Positions 57,213 through 64,000 of a stretch of DNA of 64,000 nucleotides are shown one piece after another. The DNA is from Myxococcota bacterium (lineage in GTDB: Bacteria > Myxococcota_A > Polyangia > Polyangiales > Sandaracinaceae), in contig JAYZQJ010000079.1 of the NCBI GenBank assembly GCA_036149055.1, forward strand, positions 1 through 64,000. The letters are read 5' to 3'. Each line of letters begins with the position of its first letter. The first letter of the stretch is position 1. Under the pieces are notes generated by a model. That model did no database searches, had not been told where the DNA came from, and saw only the letters and a list, made by a program, of their open reading frames with translations. A program made the position numbers and the translations under genes.

Positions 57213-58049
57213 TCAATCGTCGTCGTCACCGCGACGGCGCCGACGGTGACCGCGGTCGTCGTCGTCACCGCCGCGTCGGGCGCGCACCCGAGCGCGGGGC
57301 CCCCGGTGCTCCACGACCACCCGCGCGCCGGGCGGCCGGGGGGCGTGGGCGCGGACCTCGACGCGCGGGGGCTCCGGGCGCCGGACCACCACGCGCGGCC
57401 GGGGCGGCTCGGGGGCGCGGACCCTCACGTCGACCCGCGGCGGGCCCGGGCGCTCGACGACCACGGTGGCGCCGGGCGGGCGCGGGCGCTCCACCACGAT
57501 GTTGGCCCGCGGCGGCTCCGGGCGCTGGACCACGACCTCGGCGCGCGGGTTGGCCCGGGCGCGCCGCTCCACGACCACGTCGGGCGCGGCGGGGGCCTCG
57601 ATGATGACCACGGTCGGCGCGCGGCCGCGGTAGGTCTGGCCCTGCACGAGGAGCGAGACCTCGACCGGGCCCGGGGCCACGGTCGCCCCGGTCAACGATC
57701 CGCGGAAGCGGGCCTGTCCGGGATCCCAGACGAGCATCACCGGCCGCGGCCCCGCGTCGGTCGCGACCTGCACGGTCAGCTGGGCCGAGGCGGGCTCTGG
57801 CGCGGCGTCGGCCACGAAGTAGGCCTCCACGGCGCCGTCCTGGTGCGGCACCACCTCCACCGGGTGCGGCCCTGCGACGACCACGGTCCCGCCGTGCTGG
57901 GGCGCGGGCGCGGGCCCGGCGGCGACCTGCACCGTCGTCGGCTCACCGATCGGAGCGATCTCGGCTTCCGCGGTCTCTTCCCCGCCGCAGCCGGCGAGCG
58001 CGAGAGCGGCCATCCAGGTCAGATGCGAACAGATCCGAATCGAGCGCAT
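57213..58049 (-). CDS. Lipoprotein with PQHGG domain and 12-aa Val/Arg/Pro repeats
   Basis: Lipobox LAGC; SD agagga; repeats such as ATVVVERPGPPR. Confidence 0.75.
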   Translation of the reverse strand: MRSIRICSHLTWMAALALAGCGGEETAEAEIAPIGEPTTVQVAAGPAPAPQHGGTVVVAGPHPVEVVPHQDGAVEAYFVADAAPEPASAQLTVQVATDAGPRPVMLVWDPGQARFRGSLTGATVAPGPVEVSLLVQGQTYRGRAPTVVIIEAPAAPDVVVERRARANPRAEVVVQRPEPPRANIVVERPRPPGATVVVERPGPPRVDVRVRAPEPPRPRVVVRRPEPPRVEVRAHAPRPPGARVVVEHRGPRARVRARRGGDDDDRGHRRRRRGDDDD

Positions 58050-58140
58050 GACACGTTCCTCTCTTCCGGCCGTCGGGCCCACCTGCACGGCGGGCAGTGT
58101 ATAACGCTCTTTGTACCCGCGCGTAGGGGGAACCCCGTCA

Positions 58141-59469
58141 GTGGCGAACGTGTTGGCCGAGTGGTCGAGATCACTGAGGAAACGAGCGGCCGAGCCGGTG
58201 GACGGAGCCTCGCTGGGGCTGGTTCGGGTGGCTTTCGGCCTCCTGGTGGCCGATCGGTGCTGGTCCGATCTGCGGGACGGCTTCGTGGACGGCGCGCTCC
58301 TCGAGCCGGCCCACCGCCTCACCTACGACGGCTTCCACTGGGTCGCGCCGTGGCCGGGGGTGGGGCTGCACGTGCACGTCGTGATCACCGCGCTCGCGGG
58401 CCTGCTGCTCGCGGCCGGGGCCCTGCACCGGGTCGCCGCGCTCGTGTTCACGCTCGGGCACGCCTACCTCTTCCTGCTCGACGAGACCCACTACCTCAAC
58501 CACGACTACCTCATCGGGCTGCTGGGGCTCTTGCTCGCCGTCCTCCCGGCCGACCGCGCGCTCTCGGTGCGGGCCCTCCGCCGCGGCGCCGAGACCATCC
58601 CCCGGGGCGCGATCTGGCTGCTCCGCGCGCAGATCGGGCTCGTCTACTTCTACGCCGGCGTCGCGAAGCTCAACGCCGACTGGCTCAGCGGCTGGCCGCT
58701 CCGGATCTGGCTCGCGGATCGGAGCGCGATGCCCCTGGTCGGGCCCTGGCTCGAGGAGCCGTGGCTCGCGGTCCTGATGTCGTGGTCGGGCGCGGCGATC
58801 GATCTGGCCGCCTGGCCGCTGCTGTCCCATCGCCGCACCCGGCCGTGGATGTTCGGCGTCCTGCTCTCGTTCCACTTCCTCAACGCGCAGCTCTTCGACA
58901 TCGGCGTCTTCCCGATGCTCTCGGTCGCGGTCACCACGATCTTCTTCGCGCCCGACTGGCCGCGGCGCTGGCTCCGCCTCGGGGAGGCGCGCACCCACCG
59001 GCCGAGCCGACGTCCCGGGGCGCTCTTCTCGCTCGGCGCCCTCTGGCTCGCCGTGCAGCTCGCGCTCCCGCTGCGCCCGTTCTTCTACCCCGGCGACCCG
59101 TCGTGGACCGAGGAGGGGCACCGCTTCTCGTGGCACATGAAGCTGCGCGACAAGGACGGCGAGGCCCGCTTCTTCGCCCGCGACCCCGAGAGCGGCGCGG
59201 TGTGGGAGCTCGACCTGCGCGCGCTCTTCACCGAGCCCCAGATCTCCGAGCTGAGCGGGCGGCCGCATCTGCTCCATCAGGCCGCCGCCATCGCGCGGGC
59301 CGACGTGCGCGCGCGGCTCGGCGTCGACCCCGAGATCCGGGTCGAGGCCCGCGTCTCCCTCAACGGTCGCGCTCCCCAGCTGCTCGTCGATCCCGCGGTG
59401 GACCTCGCGCGCGCCGAGCGCCCGGTGTTCGGTCACACCCCGTGGATCCTCCCCCTCGAGGACCGATGA
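58141..59469 (+). CDS. HTTM-domain protein, vitamin K-dependent gamma-carboxylase-like
   Basis: YLNHDYL, VYFYAGVAKLNADWL, IGVFP, WTEEGHRFSWHMKLR, SLNGR..LVDP; start uncertain. Confidence 0.88.
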   Translation: MANVLAEWSRSLRKRAAEPVDGASLGLVRVAFGLLVADRCWSDLRDGFVDGALLEPAHRLTYDGFHWVAPWPGVGLHVHVVITALAGLLLAAGALHRVAALVFTLGHAYLFLLDETHYLNHDYLIGLLGLLLAVLPADRALSVRALRRGAETIPRGAIWLLRAQIGLVYFYAGVAKLNADWLSGWPLRIWLADRSAMPLVGPWLEEPWLAVLMSWSGAAIDLAAWPLLSHRRTRPWMFGVLLSFHFLNAQLFDIGVFPMLSVAVTTIFFAPDWPRRWLRLGEARTHRPSRRPGALFSLGALWLAVQLALPLRPFFYPGDPSWTEEGHRFSWHMKLRDKDGEARFFARDPESGAVWELDLRALFTEPQISELSGRPHLLHQAAAIARADVRARLGVDPEIRVEARVSLNGRAPQLLVDPAVDLARAERPVFGHTPWILPLEDR

Positions 59470-59511
59470 ATCTGCTGCATGCGGGCTTCGGGCGTCATAC
59501 TGTCGCCGGAC

Positions 59512-61035
59512 ATGAGCGAGGACTCCGCCGACGAAGCATCTGGCGAGGCCCCGGCGCACGCCGACTGGATCGGCCGCGTGATCGAGGACCGCTACCGGAT
59601 CGAGGCGCTGCTGGCCGAGGGCGGCATGGGCGCGGTGTTCGAGGCCACGCACCTGCGCATGGACCGGCGGGTGGCGCTCAAGATCGTGCACCCCGACCAC
59701 ATGGACAACCGGGTGGTGGTGCAGCGCTTCCAGCGCGAGGTGAAGGCGCACGGTCGGCTCGATCACCCGAACGTGGTCGCGGCCCTCGACTGCGGCCGCA
59801 CCAAGACCGGCGAGGCGTACCTCGTCACCCAGCTCGCCCAGGGCGAGAACCTGGCCGACGTGCTCGAGGTGGGCGCGCTCGGGTGGCGTCGGGCCTGCGA
59901 GCTCGGCGCGGAGATCGCCGACGCGCTCCACGCCGCGCACCAGGCGGGGGTCGTGCACCGCGACCTCAAGCCGAGCAACGTCATCCTGGTGCCCGACGAC
60001 GACGGGGTGGAGCACGCCCGCCTGATCGACTTCGGCATCGCGCGCTTCATGGACGAGGAGGAGGCGGCGTCGCCCAAGGCCGAGGGGAGGTCGCTGACCG
60101 AGATCGGCACCGCGGTCGGCACGGTGGGCTACATGGCGCCGGAGCAGGGGCTCGGGCAGCCGGTCGACGCCCGGACCGATCTCTACGCGCTGGGCGTGCT
60201 GATCTTCGAGATGGTGACCGGGGAGCCCCTCTTCGACCGGCGCTCCCTGACGATGACCACGTACATCACCCGCCAGCTGACCGAGGATCCGCCCCGGCTC
60301 GGCGAGCGGGTGGAGGGCGTGCCCGACGGGCTGAGCGCGCTGGTGGAGCAGCTCCTCCAGGGCAAGCGCGCCGAGCGGCTCGACGACGCGCGCGAGGTCC
60401 GCGAGCGGCTCCGCGAGCTCGCCGTGTGGGTGGAGCCGGAGCCGGCCGAGACGGTGACCGAGGAGACCGAGGCGGTGGCGCTGCCGTCCGCCGCGAGCGA
60501 AGCACCGTCGAGCGCGCGGCCGAGCCGGCCACGGCTGCCGGGCGCGAGAGCTCGCGGCGCCGAGCCGCTGCTGGAGCGGGTGCGCGCGCGGCCGTGGGGG
60601 TTCGCGATCGCGGTGACCGTCGTCGCGGTGGTGGGCATCGTGTGGCTCGCCGTCGGGGGCGACGAGGGGCCGGGCAAGCCGCCCAAGGCCGAGCAGGCGG
60701 CGCCCGCCGCGCCGGTGAGCCCCGCGCCCGCGCCGATGCAGGCGGAGCTCGCGCAGCTCCTCGCCGACGAGGTGGACTGGCGCGCCCGGCGCGAGGCCGC
60801 TCGGGCCATCTGGGACTTCACGCCGCGCGAGGCGCTCGACCCGCTGACCCTCAACCTCGCGCGCCTCCAGCTGGTGGCCGACTGCGACGCCCGCCGCCGC
60901 ACCATCCGGGACCTCGCGGAGCTCGGCGACCCGCGAGCGCTCGGGCCGCTCGCGCGTCACCGGCGCAACCGGCGGGATCGCTGTCGCCTGCAGGACGAGT
61001 TCATGCAGGCCGAGCGGACGCTCCGCGCGCCCTGA
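59512..61035 (+). CDS. Hanks-type Ser/Thr kinase with TM and extracellular helical domain
   Basis: EGGMGAVF, VALK, HRDLKPSN, DFG, GTVGYMAPE, DLYALG. Confidence 0.92.
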   Translation: MSEDSADEASGEAPAHADWIGRVIEDRYRIEALLAEGGMGAVFEATHLRMDRRVALKIVHPDHMDNRVVVQRFQREVKAHGRLDHPNVVAALDCGRTKTGEAYLVTQLAQGENLADVLEVGALGWRRACELGAEIADALHAAHQAGVVHRDLKPSNVILVPDDDGVEHARLIDFGIARFMDEEEAASPKAEGRSLTEIGTAVGTVGYMAPEQGLGQPVDARTDLYALGVLIFEMVTGEPLFDRRSLTMTTYITRQLTEDPPRLGERVEGVPDGLSALVEQLLQGKRAERLDDAREVRERLRELAVWVEPEPAETVTEETEAVALPSAASEAPSSARPSRPRLPGARARGAEPLLERVRARPWGFAIAVTVVAVVGIVWLAVGGDEGPGKPPKAEQAAPAAPVSPAPAPMQAELAQLLADEVDWRARREAARAIWDFTPREALDPLTLNLARLQLVADCDARRRTIRDLAELGDPRALGPLARHRRNRRDRCRLQDEFMQAERTLRAP

Positions 61036-61038
61036 CGA

Positions 61039-61902
61039 TCAGGCGGCGCGGAGCTGCAGGATCTCGCGCGCCTCCTCGGGCGACGCGATCTCGCGGCCGG
61101 CGTTGCGCGCGCACTGGGCGAGGGCCTCGATGAGCTGACCGTTGCCGGTCGTGCGCTCGCCGTCGGGCAGGTAGAACGTGTCCTCGACCCCGGTACGCAG
61201 CATCCCGCCCAGCTCCGCCGCGCGCTGATGGGTCGCCCAGATCTCCTGACGACCGATCAGGGTGCACTGCCAGGTCGACTCCGGCATCTTGTACTTCAGG
61301 AGCAGCTCGAGCAGGTCGTCGTCCACCGGCATGCCGGACGCGACGCCCATCACGAAGTTGTACTGGGCGGTCTCGGTCATGCCGGCGCCTCGGTAGAGCG
61401 CGACCGAGCGCACGATGCCGACGTCGAAGCACTCGAACTCGGGCAGCGCGCCGGTCTTCTGCATGGCCTTCAGCATGCTGTCGACCTTGCCGACGGGGTT
61501 GTCGAAGAGCATCGGCGGCCACGCCCACTGCCCGCCCTTGCGCAGCTTCAGGTAGTTGAGGCTGCCGGCGTTGCAGGCCGCGATCTCGGGCTCGATGCGA
61601 TCGATGCAGGCGATGGGGCCGGAGACGTCCGGGCCGACGACGCCGGTGGTCTGGTTGATGATCGCGCCGGGGCAGGCGTCGCGGATGGCGTCGCTGCAGG
61701 CCTTGGCGACCTCCGGGTCCCAGGTCGGCATGTGACCCATGCCGTCGCGCTGGTCGCGGAAGTGGATGTGGAAGATGGCGGCGCCCGCGTCGAACGCCTC
61801 CTTCGCCGAGGCCGCCATCTCCTCGGGGGTGACGGGCACCGGGTGCTGCTTCGGGTTGGTGAGCACGCCGTTGAGCGCGCAGGTCAGGATCGCCTTGTCC
61901 AT
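61039..61902 (-). CDS. Beta-keto acid cleavage enzyme (BKACE/DUF849)
   Basis: VPVTPEE, HIHFRD, GSLN, PEFECFD, RTGVED. Confidence 0.92.
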   Translation of the reverse strand: MDKAILTCALNGVLTNPKQHPVPVTPEEMAASAKEAFDAGAAIFHIHFRDQRDGMGHMPTWDPEVAKACSDAIRDACPGAIINQTTGVVGPDVSGPIACIDRIEPEIAACNAGSLNYLKLRKGGQWAWPPMLFDNPVGKVDSMLKAMQKTGALPEFECFDVGIVRSVALYRGAGMTETAQYNFVMGVASGMPVDDDLLELLLKYKMPESTWQCTLIGRQEIWATHQRAAELGGMLRTGVEDTFYLPDGERTTGNGQLIEALAQCARNAGREIASPEEAREILQLRAA

Positions 61903-61911
61903 GAGTCTCCC

Positions 61912-62705
61912 CTACTTCGATGCCCAGGCGGGCGGTCGCTTGGCCATGAAGGCCTGCATCCCCTCCGCCGCCTCGTCTCCGCGCGCCGCCTCCGAGAAGA
62001 CCCGCGCGGCGTGATCGATCTGCGCCTCGGTGACGCCCTGGTAGAGCGAGCCGAGCAGGCGCTTGGTCGCGGCCGTCGCCTTCGGCGCGCAGCGGAGGAT
62101 CTGGCTCAGCGTCTCGCGCAGCGCGTCGTCGACCTCCTCGGGCGCGCAGACCTGGTGCACGAGGCCCACCCCGAGCGCCGCCTCCGCGTCGAGGCGCGCG
62201 CCGGTGACCGCGAGGCGCTTGGCCTGCGAGTAGCCGAGCCGCTCGATGAGGAAGGGCGCGATCTGCGCCGGCACGACCCCGAGCGAGGTCTCCGGCAGCC
62301 GGAAGTCCGCGGTCGTCGTCGCGATGGCGACGTCCACCGTGCAGGCGACGCCGAAGCCGCCGCCCATGACCGCGCCCTCGAGGATCGCGACCGTCGGCAG
62401 CGGGGTGCGCGCCCAGGCGAGCGCGATGCGGCCGAAGAGCGCGTTGAGCTCGGCCACCGGGTCGGTGTCGCCGCTCGGCGCCATGCGCGCCTTGGCCATG
62501 TCCTTGATGTCGCCGCCGGCGCAGAAGTGCCCGCCTTCGCCGCGGAGCACGATGGCCCGCACGCGGTCGTTCGCCTCGGCGGCCCGCAGCGCGTCGAGCA
62601 GCTCCCCGACCATCGCGCGAGACATCGCGTTGCGGACCTCGGGGCGGGCGAGGGTGACGGTCAGCACGCCGCCCTCGATGGCGGTCCGGATGGGGGCGCC
62701 CACGC

Positions 62706-62709
<4 letters not shown>
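61912..62709 (-). CDS. Enoyl-CoA hydratase/isomerase (AtuE-like)
   Basis: RPEVRNAMS, FCAGGDIKDM, VMGGGFG, LPETSLGVVPAQIAPF. Confidence 0.88.
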
Positions 62710-63869
<1,160 letters not shown>

Positions 63870-63888
63870 GGCCGGACTCTGACCGTGG

Positions 63889-63904
63889 TTGACGTATGCG
63901 TCAA
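63889..63904. promoter_or_regulatory. 16-bp near-perfect palindrome, candidate repressor operator overlapping a -35 element
   Basis: TTGACGTATGCGTCAA; on the minus strand TTGACG-17 bp-CAGAGT-6 bp-ATG. Confidence 0.6.
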
Positions 63905-63965
63905 GCATCGCCTGCTACGTCATCTCGTTGCGCCTCGCGTCACCAAGGGGTAGCTTGCGTCCATC

Positions 63966-64000
63966 ATGGCCGACTCCGCCCAGTCCTTCGTCCGCGCGCA
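63966..64000 (+). CDS. 5' end of a divergent CDS, truncated by the window (MADSAQSFVRA...)
   Basis: ATG preceded by TAGCTT -10-like box; frame open to the edge. Confidence 0.4.
   Translation, partial: MADSAQSFVRA

Overview
Very GC-rich bacterial chromosomal DNA (roughly 70-75% by eye, not computed). It is most likely from a myxobacterium (Myxococcota, Sandaracinaceae/Polyangiales-like), judging by MYXO-CTERM-like sorting, Cys-rich and vWA lipoproteins, Hanks-type kinases and an ECF/FecR-TPR module. About 52 densely packed CDSs are supported. I found no rRNA, tRNA, CRISPR, transposase, integrase or phage genes. Housekeeping and metabolic genes include a malic enzyme, a DprE1/DprE2-like pair, glnS, tmcA, a stand-alone EF-G, LigC plus a LigD-like primase-polymerase, an ILVBL-like ThDP enzyme, and an acyl-CoA dehydrogenase/hydratase/BKACE operon. 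The best candidate for an undescribed system is 6872-12786. It encodes a 1701-aa eukaryote-like SLC12 cation-chloride cotransporter fused to a long helical region, a P-loop ATPase and a winged helix, translationally coupled to a small MscS-type channel. Other notable items: a ~100-bp tandem array with alternating octamer-triplet cores at the window start; a DUF3556 protein carrying an HTTM/gamma-carboxylase-like AGxxK motif, coupled to a flavin oxidoreductase; two vWA adhesin clusters; a divergent RpoD paralog with a long leader; G-quadruplex-type hexamer repeats; and recurring -10 boxes just upstream of start codons, suggesting widespread leaderless mRNAs. Start codons were chosen by eye. Family assignments come from remembered motifs, not database searches.
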